From: Eledone cirrhosa
Lineage: Eukaryota
Reading direction: 5' to 3'
DNA: 64,000 bases
NCBI GenBank assembly: GCA_964016885.1
Contig: OZ024740.1
Span: forward strand, 232,066,001-232,130,000
Position 1 is the stretch's first letter. Each line of letters starts with the position of its first letter. Positions 15,766 to 29,129 of the stretch are shown here, one piece after another. The translations under genes were made by a program, and so were the position numbers. The notes under the pieces are model-generated. The model did not search any database. It saw only the letters and a program-made list of their open reading frames with translations, and had not been told where the DNA came from.

Positions 15766-16261
15766 GAAACACACAGATACATGCGGACACACACATATAC
15801 ATGAATGCATCCGCACCCAACTGTGAGTTAAGGGTGCCAACTTCACCGATGTTGCTCAATGAATGACTGGGACAGACCAATTCAGTTGAACTAGACTGAA
15901 CCAGTATCAGAGTTAAAAATACATAATGAAGAGAGAAGAAACATTTAGATATAATTAGTAATAAAATGTATCATACCTAAACTGCTTCTAAATTCCTCGA
16001 CTACGTAGTTTCGTGGCATAAACAAAAACAATATATCATAAAGATATAGAGTCCTTGCGAGGTCTGCCGACTTATCAAGAGGATACCTCATTTTACTAGT
16101 CTCAAGAACGCGTCTACAATATATATATATATGCAAAGTTTTATTTAAAATTGTTGGGTTACAACGAGTAAATATTTTATAACTGATATAAAGCACTCAA
16201 CAAGTTTTGGAGTAGATATACGATATTAAACAAATGGAAACTATATTTATAAAACCATATT

Positions 16262-16327
16262 TATTTCATTATACATATTTCAGGGATACCATATTAGAAA
16301 TATGGCATGCCTTCTTCAGATAAAATA
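16262..16327 (-). ncRNA. Type I hammerhead ribozyme motif
   Basis: Reverse complement of 16446-16511. Confidence 0.8.
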
Positions 16328-16445
16328 CAATATATAAGCAGTTTTATAAATAAATTTGACGTACCAAACCAACTTTTTTAAATGGAAGTTGAACAATATT
16401 TATGGTACGTCAAATTTATTTATTTATAAAACTGCTTATATATTG

Positions 16446-16511
16446 TATTTTATCTGAAGAAGGCATGCCATATTTCTAATATGGTATCCCTGAAATATGT
16501 ATAATGAAATA
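16446..16511 (+). ncRNA. Type I hammerhead ribozyme motif
   Basis: tattttat-CTGAAGA-aggcatgccatatt/aatatggtatccct-GAAAT-ATGT-ATA^atgaaata; 8-bp stem I. Confidence 0.8.
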
Positions 16512-16551
16512 AATATGGTTTTATAAATATAGTTTCCATTTGTTTAATATC

Positions 16552-16806
<255 letters not shown>

Positions 16807-17046
16807 AATAATTATAGTCTGCTATAGTATTGAGCATTATTTTCCCCTGTTTGCAAATCCAAACGTACGTACTTACACACACATGTGGATTGGTGGTTAC
16901 ATGTGGCTGTGAGCTCGATTCAGGACAGGACTGTGATTTGTGTCCTTAAGCAAGACACTCTATCACAAACAATCCAATTCTTGTTTAAACAAATAGCAAA
17001 TCGAGCCACTTTTTTTCCATCAAATTCTTTTTCCTATATATATATA

Positions 17047-17207
17047 TATAACGAAGGAAATGTGTTAAGCAACCAGATGGACCATAACGCACCAAAGTAC
17101 TCAATACTTAGGGTAGTAGAGAGGGTAATAGGAACAAGTAAGACCCCGACGGCTCCAGAATTAGCCGTCGAAACGGCTTGAGCTCTGCCGTCGGGGTCTT
17201 ACTTGTT

Positions 17208-17212
<5 letters not shown>
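17047..17212. mobile_element. Palindromic GAAACGGC...GCCGTC family element
   Basis: Homologous to 21044-21240 and 28378-28570; flanked by (TA)n. Confidence 0.8.
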
Positions 17213-17265
<53 letters not shown>

Positions 17266-17276
<11 letters not shown>

Positions 17277-17833
17277 CGTAAAATAAGAAAATTTTAAGAA
17301 AATTTAAAAAATTAACTTACTAAAATTTTCACTCCAACTAATTAGTTTCTGCAATGGGATAAAGACAGTTACGTAATAAACTGTCGAGAATTCATTGCGT
17401 CATTAGGGAGTCTATTCTCAGCTAAGTCTCCAGGCAATGCGCGGACACTGGGGACTCATATAAAAATAATAATAATTCGGTAAATGGAACAGCTAGCGGG
17501 GACTGGATTCCATGTACTGAAAATCTCGCTGTCACTGGTCAAATGGCAGATTCTAAAGAATCAATCACGTGACACAGAGGCTAGTCGGTAGGAGTGGGAT
17601 GGTAAGATGACAGAAGCCTACTAACACACCAAAAAATTAGTACTGGTTTTGGCAGGTTTGCTCGACAAATAAGTAATTTGGAGATAAATATAGAGAATTT
17701 AGTATATCTACTAACATATGCGTACAGATGTACGCTAATGCCAGCAAATACACAGGTTATGTCATAGTACCTAGGTGGTTCAATGCAGGAGGATGCAGAA
17801 CAATAATATAAAAGACGTAAAATAAGAAAATTT
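17266..17833 (-). mobile_element. ~540-bp unit with terminal direct repeat and a decayed HHR (17331-17411)
   Basis: atataaaagacgtaaaataagaaaattt at both ends; minus strand actcc-CTAATGA-cgcaatg...cattgca-GAAAC-TAATTA-GTT-ggagt. Confidence 0.6.
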
Positions 17834-17837
17834 AAAA

Positions 17838-18003
17838 AAAATATATGTATATGTATATAGTAATAATAATAAATATATGTATATGTATATAGTAATAATA
17901 ATAAATATATGTATATGTATATAGTAATAATAATAAATATATGTATATGTATATAGTAATAATAATAAATATATGTATATGTATATAGTAATAATAATAA
18001 ATT
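17838..18003. repeat. Minisatellite, ~32-bp unit aaatatatgtatatgtatatagtaataataat, 5 copies
   Basis: Directly visible. Confidence 0.92.
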
Positions 18004-18867
18004 TGAAGACTAAAATCCAAAGAGGGCTCGATAAGGATAATTATATATCAAATATATAAGAACCGTAGAGCAAATATGTATAGGAAAAAGAATTTGAGGG
18101 AAAAAAGTGGATCGATTTGCTATTTGTTTAAAGAAAAATTGGATTGTTTGTGATATACTTGACTCCTTAACACAATAATATAAACATGAATTCCTTTGGA
18201 AAATGTCAATAGCCACGTTCACTGAAATAGGATACTCAATTTTCGCGCAAAATCTACAAAAACAATTCTATTCTGAATCATGTAATCATCAGTCTTTGGC
18301 TCAAAGAATTACATAACTCTACACCCAATCATGTGATCTTCCATAACCATTCCATAACCAATGCATTTTACTTTAAACAGATAGCAATTCGAGCCACCTT
18401 TTGGCATAAATACACTCTTTGTATAATTATTTCAAAAGATACAGCCATAACAATAAACAAATACACTCTTTGCAGTTCTGCTCATGAATGCATCAAGCTT
18501 CTACTTACTTGGCATATTTCCCAAAACATGAGATGCGAAACACATCACCACATAGTCACACATTTCGCCAACTCACTTAACTTTTGAAAATCATGCAAAC
18601 GTGAAACCGGTAGAGTTATTATTGAAAGGTATTCGTAAAGACTCCCACTGCATTTTAATCTTCTTTTGTCTATATTTCTACCTGGTTAGAATATAAAAAC
18701 CTCATATAAATGCGCGTAGGTGCATGCCTGGAAGGTGGCTGACGTAGCAACGATGCATGCCTGGAAGGTGGCTGACGTAGCAACGATGCATTTATCTATA
18801 CATGTATATTTTCTGATATATAAATGTGTATGATTGTGTGTATGTGTGTGTATGGGTGTGTATGTGT

Positions 18868-18906
<39 letters not shown>

Positions 18907-18934
18907 GAGAGAGAGAGAGAGAGGAGGGTGAGAG

Positions 18935-19021
<87 letters not shown>

Positions 19022-19400
19022 AAATTTATTATAGGAAATACATAGGAATACATAGGAATACATACTTCCCAGTTATAATGGAAATGTGTTTTTACGAAGC
19101 GATTTCCAAAAAAGAAAAAATTTCTTTTATAACTGTGATATATTGGTTTTCTATAATTGTGACGTAAGTTCATTTTTAATTTAACATTTATGTTGGTTTC
19201 CGTGATTTAAGCTCTCTTCTTAACGCATATGTGTTCTTTGATATATTGAAGTTTTTCATATATCATCTATTTTCACAGTAAAAGTTTTATATTACTCTTT
19301 GCAGTTGAATGCATGAAGCGTCTTCTTACTTCATGAATGAGTTGATGTTAGAAAACACTCACGCAATCATCTCAATATCATTGTCGCAATAATTATTAAT

Positions 19401-19600
19401 NNNNNNNNNNNNNNNNNNNNNNNNNNNNNNNNNNNNNNNNNNNNNNNNNNNNNNNNNNNNNNNNNNNNNNNNNNNNNNNNNNNNNNNNNNNNNNNNNNNN
19501 NNNNNNNNNNNNNNNNNNNNNNNNNNNNNNNNNNNNNNNNNNNNNNNNNNNNNNNNNNNNNNNNNNNNNNNNNNNNNNNNNNNNNNNNNNNNNNNNNNNN
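19401..19600. other. Assembly gap (200 N)
   Basis: Run of n. Confidence 1.
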
Positions 19601-19620
19601 TATGTATGTACGTATACATA

Positions 19621-19687
<67 letters not shown>

Positions 19688-19691
<4 letters not shown>

Positions 19692-20100
19692 TGGTTGCCA
19701 ACTCGTTTTCGAGTACGGCCACAACTTTATATCCATGTAGGAGAACCCCTACCGATGCGCTGAACGAGTGTGACTTTTTAGTCCAGCCAGCGACTTGAAA
19801 ACTCTGGTACAAACCCTACACTTGTGACAATTATTGAGACATAGTGCAGGGCCCATGGTGCCATGTGACGACAAGTGCAGATAGATCTCCGGATATAAAG
19901 CAATGCCTGTGCCGTGAAGCTTTTATAGTGAGCAAAGGCACCGCACAAAGCCAGTCCCACTCTCTTAACCAAGATGATATTTACCAAAAAGAAGAACAAG
20001 TCAACATCATTGGATACCATCAGGGTTGCAGGTGTTATATCAGAGTTTTCCTTCTCCTAGAATTCTGCCTTGACAAAGGCTAAGGGGTCATCACTCCCGG
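19688..20100 (-). mobile_element. RTE-derived non-autonomous element, family R2
   Basis: Encodes CHKCRVCTRVFKSLAGLKSHTRSAHR*; 5' part shares agcctttgtca.ggca..ttctaggagaagg with R1. Confidence 0.78.
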
Positions 20101-20248
20101 ATATATATATATATATATTATGTAGGAGGTGAGTTTTATTGTAGTACCATAAAGCAATGCAGATATCGGATAAGAAGCACTCTACAGTTTGTAGGACTGG
20201 AGTATACATAATATATAAGATCAAAAGATGGTTAAAGGAGTTCCATGT

Positions 20249-20317
20249 ATTTTATTATGCGCATTTCAAAAACAAACATCATCATGCAATAATATTTGTG
20301 TTTTCATCAGATAAAAC
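20249..20317 (-). ncRNA. Type I hammerhead ribozyme motif
   Basis: Reverse complement of 20426-20494. Confidence 0.8.
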
Positions 20318-20425
20318 AGGAGAACATGATATGAAGGCTAAAAAACACTTGTGGATCAACATATCATGTTGATTTAAAACTGCACTATCCACAAGTGTTT
20401 TTTAGCCTTCATATCATGTTCTCCT

Positions 20426-20494
20426 GTTTTATCTGATGAAAACACAAATATTATTGCATGATGATGTTTGTTTTTGAAATGCGCATAATAAAAT
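20426..20494 (+). ncRNA. Type I hammerhead ribozyme motif
   Basis: gttttat-CTGATGA-aaacacaaatattatt/gatgatgtttgttttt-GAAAT-GCGC-ATA^ataaaat; palindromic stem III ATGCGCAT. Confidence 0.82.
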
Positions 20495-20523
20495 ACATGG
20501 AACTCCTTTAACCATCTTTTGAT

Positions 20524-20559
<36 letters not shown>

Positions 20560-20561
<2 letters not shown>

Positions 20562-20905
20562 CATACGTGCATGATGGTTGCCTCCTCGTTATCGAGTATG
20601 GACATTGCACGATATAGTATTATTAATAATTATTAATTAATGCTATCGTGCAATGCCAGTGCAAGAAGATATTTTTTAAAGTGAGGAAAGACTGTGCACT
20701 GAGCCAATCCCACTTTCTGAGCGACAGTAGCTATAACCTGAAAAGAAGAAAAGATCAACATCATAGGTAACTACTGAGCCGCAGGTTTTATATCGGAGTT
20801 ATCCCAGTTTCCTAGGGATCCTTCACTCCCAGTGACTTAACCGCGAGATCGGGTGTCCAGCCCGACTATTTCCATGTCCCCGCGCATACACATGCACCCA
20901 TACGT
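20560..20905 (-). mobile_element. RTE-derived non-autonomous element, family R1
   Basis: Reverse-complement homologue of 11173-11545. Confidence 0.8.
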
Positions 20906-21043
20906 ACATACATACATACATACATATGCACACACCCAATATATATATATATATATATACATACGCGCGCGCACACAGACACACACACACACACTATATA
21001 TATATATATATATACATATATATACACACATATATATATATAT

Positions 21044-21240
21044 ATAACGAAGGAAATGTGGTAAAGAACCAGGTGGACCATAACGCACCAAAGTACTCAA
21101 TACTTAGGGTAGTAGAGTGGGCAATAGGAACGAGTAAGAACCCAACGGCCGAGCTCAAGCCGTTTCGACGGCCAATTCTGTCCAGAATTGGCCGTCGAAA
21201 CGGCTTGAGCTCGGCCGTCGGGGTCTTACTTGTTCCTATA
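21044..21240. mobile_element. Palindromic GAAACGGC...GCCGTC family element
   Basis: ~57-bp inverted arms spanning 21124-21239 plus an 80-bp one-sided extension; in (TA)n. Confidence 0.85.
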
Positions 21241-21575
21241 TATATATATATATATTTGTGTGCGTGTGTGTGTGTCTTTACGAGTGTGTATAACTTTATA
21301 TGATATCCATATATCCTTGGTAAACTTGCATTAACTTGCAATATACGAGTGGCAATGTATGAATTTATTCGCAAGTGTAAATATTAGTGTGTGTGTTTTT
21401 ATATGAATATGTGATGTGTGTGAATGTATGTATGTTATTATCAATATGTAACGATGCATAAAATATTGGTAAGCTGCAGTTTGGAACTCGACACACAAAA
21501 AAAGTTCATCTCGTCCACAATGCTTATCTCCCTTGCTCACTGGTGCATCTAGTTAGAAGCTTTCTAAATGTTTGC

Positions 21576-21682
<107 letters not shown>

Positions 21683-22129
21683 TGTCTGATTTCATTTCTC
21701 TCTTTCTGTTTTTCCATAATTCTCTCTTTTTCTTTTTTTTGTCTGTGTGTCTGTGTGTCTATATGTGTATATACCTAAATGTCTTACTTCATGTGATTAT
21801 GTGTACGTTTCTATGTATGTTTATGAATGTGGTTGTTTGCATTTTGTCTCTATGTATATCTGAGTGTTGGTTTGTATGTGGATATGTATGGCTGTCTATC
21901 TGTGAGTGGGTGCTTGTGCGAGATATTTGATTTTGTTGTGTATTCTTTTCTGTCTTTTATTTAGGCTCATCTTTTACAAATATGAATGTGTTCCATGCCT
22001 CTGTCTGAATGCCCAACTATTTATTGTATATAAGTATTTACTTACATTACTCTTTCTCTGTCTCTGTCTCTCTGTCTCCCCCCCCCCCCCCCTCTCTCTC
22101 TTTATCTGTCTTTGCCACCTACCCCATAT

Positions 22130-22350
22130 ATAATGGTTTCTTATATAGGCACAAGGCCAGCAAGTTGGGGGGAGGTGAAAGTCGATTAAATCGATCCCAG
22201 TGTTGACTGGTACTTTATTTTATCGACCCCCGTAAGGATGAAAGGCAAAGTTAACCTCGGCGGGATTTGAACTCAGTTCATAAAGGGCCGTAACTCTATG
22301 CAAAGCCTGGCGTCCGACTCTCTCCTGATAATGCCAATCCACTGCCCTAA
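22130..22350 (-). mobile_element. SINE family A (long variant with gtcgattaaatcga insert)
   Basis: Reverse-complement match to the consensus. Confidence 0.88.
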
Positions 22351-23373
22351 CTACCCCATATATAATAACAAGAAGTGGATGGAAAATTTTGAAACAGAAT
22401 GCATAAAATAAAATTACTGATGGGAGAAAACTCAGAGAGACGGTCCAAGATAATCTTATAGTGGAGGCAGCTCCCATTATGTTGGCTTCTATAGGCAACT
22501 ATCAATATTTTCAGGCCGGTCAGTGATGAAGACGTGTTGGTCAACATGAGGTTTATTTCGGGCACATTTACGTACAACTAAACCCGAAACCGCCTAGTTG
22601 CGAAGCGAGCATCTTAACTACACATACATTAAAGATTAAGCGATATACATTTCATGTATATATTTGTTTTACATTCTCTTTCATTTATTGATGATATTTG
22701 TTTCATTCAACTTCATTTAATACTGCCTACAATATTTCTTTAAGATTCTGGATAAAGAAAAATAAGTCGTTTTTTTCTATATATATTTTTAAACTCCCTA
22801 TTCGGCCGTCTCTTTCACACGTTGAGCCGTAATGTTGCAAGTTTGTTTCCAGAATAGTAATATATATAGTTTAAAGGGTAGAAAAAAATTAAATGCATTT
22901 TTAAAACAGTTAAAACCGTTTAGGATGAAGCTCATTAAACCACGGTTCCATATATCTTATAGATTTTATATATCGCTATACATATTATATATATACAAAC
23001 ATATAAAGATATGTAAAATCCCGACCGCGGTGCTAAGTGGTTTCGGCTTGTGTCATCCACTCTACATCTCCCCATATATCGAGTACTAACATAAAATACT
23101 CGATATATGGGGAGATGTACATAAAATAATTTGACTGGATTGTCAGAGCCTGAATAACTTTGTGCTATTTGCTTTAATCGTTGCTTATTGAAGCGCGAAT
23201 AAAAAGTTGGTGAATCTAAAACGAAATGCGTATCACCGTTAGAAATATGAATACTATTAACCTCGTGTTTCAAATAAATTCCTGCAGGAATAGCATGAAT
23301 CTCAATGCAAAACTGACACACTACCTCACCTCTTTATATCAGGGGAAACGCTAGGTATAGTTCGAGTATTCTG

Positions 23374-23567
23374 TAATAATTGTTTCTACATTTGGAACAA
23401 GGCCAGCAATTACCCAGTACATTACTGGTACTTTATTTTATCGACCCAATAAGGATGAAAGAGAAAGTTAACCTCGACGGGATTTGAACTCAGACCGTAA
23501 AGGGACATAACTATGCTGGAAAGCATGGCCTCTGACCCTCTACGGATACTGCCAATCCACCGCCCTT
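23374..23567 (-). mobile_element. SINE family A
   Basis: Full-length reverse copy. Confidence 0.9.
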
Positions 23568-23840
23568 CTGTAATAATGGCATAATTTCTATTATATGAAA
23601 CTAGGAATATTGACACCATGTTAATCATGATGGTGATAATGATTATGATAATGATGTTACTGCTCCTTCTCATTCCCCTTCTGATCATCATCATCTTCCT
23701 CCTCCTCCCCCGCCTCCTACTCCTCCACCTCCTACTCCTCATCCTCATCATCCTCATCATCATCAACATCATCATCATCATCAACACCATCATCATCCCC
23801 ATCGTCATCTTTATCATCAGCAGCAGCAGCTTCAGTTTAT

Positions 23841-24725
23841 TAAGGGCGGTAGATTGGCAGTATCGGTAGAGAGTCGGACACCATGCTTTGCAGCATAGAT
23901 CTACGGCCCTTTACGGTCTGTGTTCAAATCCGGCCGAGGTTAACTTTGCCTCTCATCCTTACAGGGTCGATAAAATAAAGTACCAGTCACGCACTGGGGT
24001 CGATTTAATCGACTTTCCCCTCTCCCAAAATTACTGGCCTTGTGCCTATACTAGAAATCATTATTATTAGGGCGGTGGTTGGCAGTATCGGTAGATCGTC
24101 GGACACCATGCTTTGCAGCATAGAGTTACCGACCTTTATAATCTGAGTTCAAATCCCACCGAGGTTAACTTTGCCTTTCATCCTTATGAGGTCGATAAAA
24201 TAAAGTACCAGTCACGCACTTGGGTCAATTTCATCGACTTTTCCCTCCTCCCCAAATTGCTGGCCTTGTGCCTAAATAAGAAACCATTATGATTAGGGTA
24301 TGGATTGGCAGTATCGGTAGAGTGTCGGACACCATGCTTCGCGGCATAGAGTTATGTCCCTTGAAGATTTAAGCTCAAATCCCGCCTTAGTTAGCTTTGC
24401 CTTCCATCATTACGAGGTCGATAGAATAAAGCACCAGTAATGCACTGGGGTCGATTTAATCGACTTTCCTTAGCCCTTCAAATTGCTGGCCTTGTGCCTA
24501 AAAGTAGAAACAATTGTCATTATTATTATTTTTATTATTATTTTAGTATCGGTAGAGGGTCGGACGCCATGCTTTCCAGCATAGATTTACGTCTCTTTTC
24601 GGTCTGAGTTCAAATCCCCCCAAGATTAACTTTGCCTTTCATCTTTACGGGGTCGATAAAATAAAGTACCAGTAATGCACTGATTTAATTGCTGGCCTTG
24701 TGCTAAAAGTAGCAACATTTATTAT
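23841..24725 (+). mobile_element. Head-to-tail array of four family A SINEs (~23841, 24070, 24295, 24545)
   Basis: Four consecutive consensus matches separated by (att)n tails. Confidence 0.92.
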
Positions 24726-24779
24726 TATTTTTATTATTATCATTGTTGTTGTTGTTAATATCATCATCATCACCACCAC

Positions 24780-24821
<42 letters not shown>

Positions 24822-25009
24822 TATTATTCATTTACTCCTTTCTGTACTTATCCTTTTCATTCTAACAAATTAAGCAACAGCAGTCAAATTTAAGAAATAT
24901 GTCAAAAGCAATTTGGTTATCAGATGTAAGAACCAAATCAAACAAACAAAACACGAGGTGAGGAATTGAGAACACGCGTGCGAGAGAGAGAGATAGATAG
25001 ATAGACAGA

Positions 25010-25040
<31 letters not shown>

Positions 25041-25057
25041 GGGGAGAGAGAGAGAGA

Positions 25058-25106
<49 letters not shown>

Positions 25107-25249
25107 GAAAGAGAGCCGGTGGGGGTTAGGATGGGTGGCTAAAAGGTGACAAGAGAAAAATATGAATGCGAAAATAATTTTTAAAAACAGAGCAACGAGA
25201 TCATTTTCAATTCTTATCTTATCATTATCATCTTTTGAGATGGAAAACT

Positions 25250-25640
25250 GAGATGGTAAAAATACATAAATATTGTAAGTAGAATACCAATCTGATGAAA
25301 GAAATGCACAAATCTAGCTGTATACCAATTTAATGGTATAAAGACACGAATATAGTAGTGTAGTAATTTGATGTAAATTACACAAATGTAGTAGCAAATA
25401 TATTTAGTAGCAAAAATACATTAATATAGTAGCATACCATTCTGATAGTAACATCTACAAATATGCAAGTATATCAATCTAATGATAAAATATAGACACG
25501 AATGGTAGCATACTAATTTGATGGTAAAATCCACAAATGTATTCGCTTATAAATTTGATGTTAAAAATACACAAATGGTAGCAAACAAATTTGATGGTGA
25601 AATATACAAAAATAGTAGAACACCACTTTTAAGCTAAAAT
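25250..25640. repeat. Degenerate ~37-bp minisatellite (aatttgatggtaaaatacacaaatgtagtagcatacc-like), ~10 units
   Basis: Recurrent aat(t/c)tgatg..aaa...cacaaat..tagca. Confidence 0.7.
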
Positions 25641-25908
25641 ATGGCTTAGTGGTTAGAGCGTCGTGCTTGCAATCGTGAGGTTGTGAGTTCTATTCTCCGA
25701 CCCATCGTTGCTCCAGTTCACTTAGCTGTAAAAATGAGTTGCGACGTCACTGGTGCCAAGCTGTATCGGTCTTTGCCTTCCCCTTGGACAACATCAGTGT
25801 TGTGGAGAGGAGAGAGTGGTGTGCATGAGTGGCAGCTAGTCTTCCACAAAACAACTTTGCTCAGACTGGTGCAAATCCCATAGTCATTCGTGACCGAAGG
25901 GTGTCTTT
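25641..25908 (+). mobile_element. SINE family B
   Basis: tggcttagtggttagagcg A-box, gagttctattc B-box, family body. Confidence 0.85.
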
Positions 25909-27218
25909 ACACGAATATCGTAGCATAACAATGGTAAAACTGATGAAAATAGCGAAACATTGCAGCATGTTTACTGTAGAATTGAGGAGAGAACAGAAGC
26001 GATGACTCATTTCAAGGGCTCCGAGGCTAGTGGGAATCAATGTGAAAGGTATTCTCAAACCCGAGATATAACTTGAATGTTTGCAACGGTGTACAGTCTG
26101 CTAAATGTACTCAAACGGGGCAAAGTATTAAATCTACCACCCAAATATGTCACAACTGAATTTGAATGCAGAATACAAAAGATATGCTAAAGATTAAAAT
26201 ATACATATATCGTTGCATTGTAGTTTGATAATAAGCGATACAAATATCGGAAGATAGCAATTCGGTGGTTGAAATAAACAGTATAGTTGCAGAACTATTT
26301 CTATAGCAAAATACATATAGTAAGGTATATCTATTGATAGAAATATAAATTAAGGGAACGATTTAGTTGTTTGAAATGGCAGACAAATATCACCCTATTT
26401 TTCACCCTATCATCGTGATTAAACAAAGATGCGTTGGATAATATAGAAGGTGACATAAGTTTTCTCGAGAAAGGCTGACCTGAAGCTAATGTAGTGATAG
26501 ATCTGCACAAATATAACCATAGATCTAAATTAGTAAAGAGAAAAATTCATCATTTTAGTCATAATTCATCATAAATGTCCTCCTTCATATGATCATAATC
26601 AACTTTACCATCACTGCCACCACCACCACGGACACCACTATGCCCCCATAACTACCATCATCATCATTATCATTCGTAAGAACAAATAGAGTATTGAGCC
26701 AAATGAAATAACATCTATGCGTTGGACCAATCAGCTAAAAAGAGCAAGTAATCCATCTTAAAATTACATTTTACTGTCTTCAATAAAGGAAGGACACCTT
26801 GAACAACCTATTTCTAGTAGAGTTGTAACCATGAAAGCACGCAATGATCAAGTTTGGACTAATTTCGATCATGACAGCTGGATCATCTTTGAGCAACAAG
26901 TATAGCAGCAGCCATTACAGCAACATCGTCATTCATATCAACAACAATACAAGGATAAAATCCAAGTCAACGACTAAGATAACTACATTATTAACTTCCA
27001 TATTAATAATAACTGTTGCAACAAGAGATACCATTCGAAGAATGTGTGAGTCGAGCAAAAAGACTATATGTGTAAAGTCAGCACAAATACACTTTTTGTG
27101 TATGTGTGTATATGTATCTGCCTGTGTGTAGTGTGTAATTTATATATATATGCATACATACACACACACACGCAAAGATATATATATATATACATACACA
27201 TATATATATGTATAAATA

Positions 27219-27250
<32 letters not shown>

Positions 27251-27262
27251 CACACACAAACA

Positions 27263-27315
<53 letters not shown>

Positions 27316-27337
27316 ATATATATATATACATATATAT

Positions 27338-27422
<85 letters not shown>

Positions 27423-27433
27423 CATATATATAT

Positions 27434-27511
<78 letters not shown>

Positions 27512-27580
27512 ATGTATTATACGTTATATATACACAGAAAGAGTGACAAAGTGAGAGAGATCTAAGGGCGTGTACGCATA

Positions 27581-27644
<64 letters not shown>

Positions 27645-27661
27645 TATATTCATATATATAC

Positions 27662-27720
<59 letters not shown>

Positions 27721-27751
27721 TATATATACATATATATATACATATATATAC

Positions 27752-27867
<116 letters not shown>

Positions 27868-28280
27868 GGGCGCACAATTGCGCGCGTGCACACAAAGATG
27901 GAACGCAGACGAATAATAAGAGAGTCTGCTATAGTTATTAATATCGGATGCGCTTTCTGCTTTGAGAATTTCAGAAGACGTGAGAGAAATGGAAGATCAT
28001 TGAATATAGAAATATTTTCATAAAAAACCACTCTACATCTACATGAGTATATGAACCTACGTGTATATGTTTCTGTGTGTGTGAATGTGTCAGTAAGTGT
28101 GTGTATATATGGGTGGTTCTGTGAAATTCTATAGAACGAATAATACACATACACACATGCACAGAAAAACATACATATACGTGTACATGTATATGTATAT
28201 ACATATATAGACACATAACCACACACATACACATAAACATGCACACAGATACGCACACACACACACACAGATACACACAT

Positions 28281-28313
<33 letters not shown>

Positions 28314-28377
28314 GACATATCTATCTATATATATTGATATATATATACACACACACACGTATATATATATATATATA

Positions 28378-28570
28378 TATAGGAACCAGTAAGACCCCGA
28401 CAGCTGAGCTCAAGCCGTTTCGACGGCTAATTCTGAATTAGCCGTCGAAACGGCTTGAGCTCAGCTGTCGGGGTCTTACTGGTTCCTATTACCCACTCTA
28501 CTACCCCAAGTATTGAGTACTTTGGTGCGTTATGGTCCACCTGGTTCCTTACCACATTTCCTTCGTTATA
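28378..28570. mobile_element. Palindromic GAAACGGC...GC(C/T)GTC family element
   Basis: Near-perfect palindrome 28379-28489 plus extension; in (TA)n. Confidence 0.85.
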
Positions 28571-28625
28571 TATATATATATTTCCCTGTATGTATTTTTT
28601 ACATGTAGGAATTCATACTTTATCA

Positions 28626-28736
28626 TTCCCGCCGAGGTTTACTTTGCCTTTCATCCTTACGGAGTCGATAAAATAAAATACCAGTAATGCACTGGTTTAT
28701 TGCTGGCCTTGTGCCAAAAGTAGAAACAATTATTAA
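28626..28736 (+). mobile_element. SINE family A, truncated
   Basis: Consensus 3' half. Confidence 0.85.
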
Positions 28737-28946
28737 TCTCCCCTAAGGTAGAGACAAAATGTTGGGCGTTTGGACAGCTGCTATTTCTAGTGGCCGGACA
28801 TTGACCTGTCCACCCTGCCTTTTGTCATTGCACACGGCACCAGACAGAATTATTTCTTCCATCATTCGCTTTCATTTCGGAATGGTTTTGTATGGCGTCA
28901 GTTTGTGATTTGAACTCGGGAATTTTATATTCTCCGAGAGAAAAGA

Positions 28947-29033
28947 GCCCTCTGAAGATTGCTCCCTTCGGAATAAACGGAAAATCAGCTTGGATTTTCC
29001 GTTTATTCTGGAACATGAAACCGCGGTAAAGGC
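28947..29033 (+). ncRNA. Type I hammerhead ribozyme motif with long stem II
   Basis: gccct-CTGAAGA-...cggaataaacggaaaatc/gattttccgtttattctg...-GAAAC-CGCG-GTA^aaggc. Confidence 0.75.
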
Positions 29034-29129
29034 ACATAGAGTAAGTACTGCGAATTTTTAAAAATTTATTTAAAAACATTTCTCTCTTTGCTAGACCTTG
29101 ATTTTATATATATATTTATATCACCTTGA

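Larger units (their letters stand above)
20212..20531. mobile_element. Fold-back element with an HHR on each arm
   Basis: Apparently perfect 145-bp inverted arms 20212-20356 / 20387-20531; the ORF track gives the same peptide on both strands. Confidence 0.92.

Noticed and set aside
18720-18790. 33-bp direct duplication tgcatgcctggaaggtggctgacgtagcaacga
   Set aside because: Only two adjacent copies; an ordinary local tandem duplication.
23841-24725. Regularly spaced repeats suggesting a CRISPR-like array
   Set aside because: The units are whole ~220-bp SINEs without unique spacers; the context is eukaryotic with no cas genes.
25938-25970. CTGATGA...GAAAC hammerhead-like spacing
   Set aside because: No stem II, stem I or valid cleavage triplet can form.
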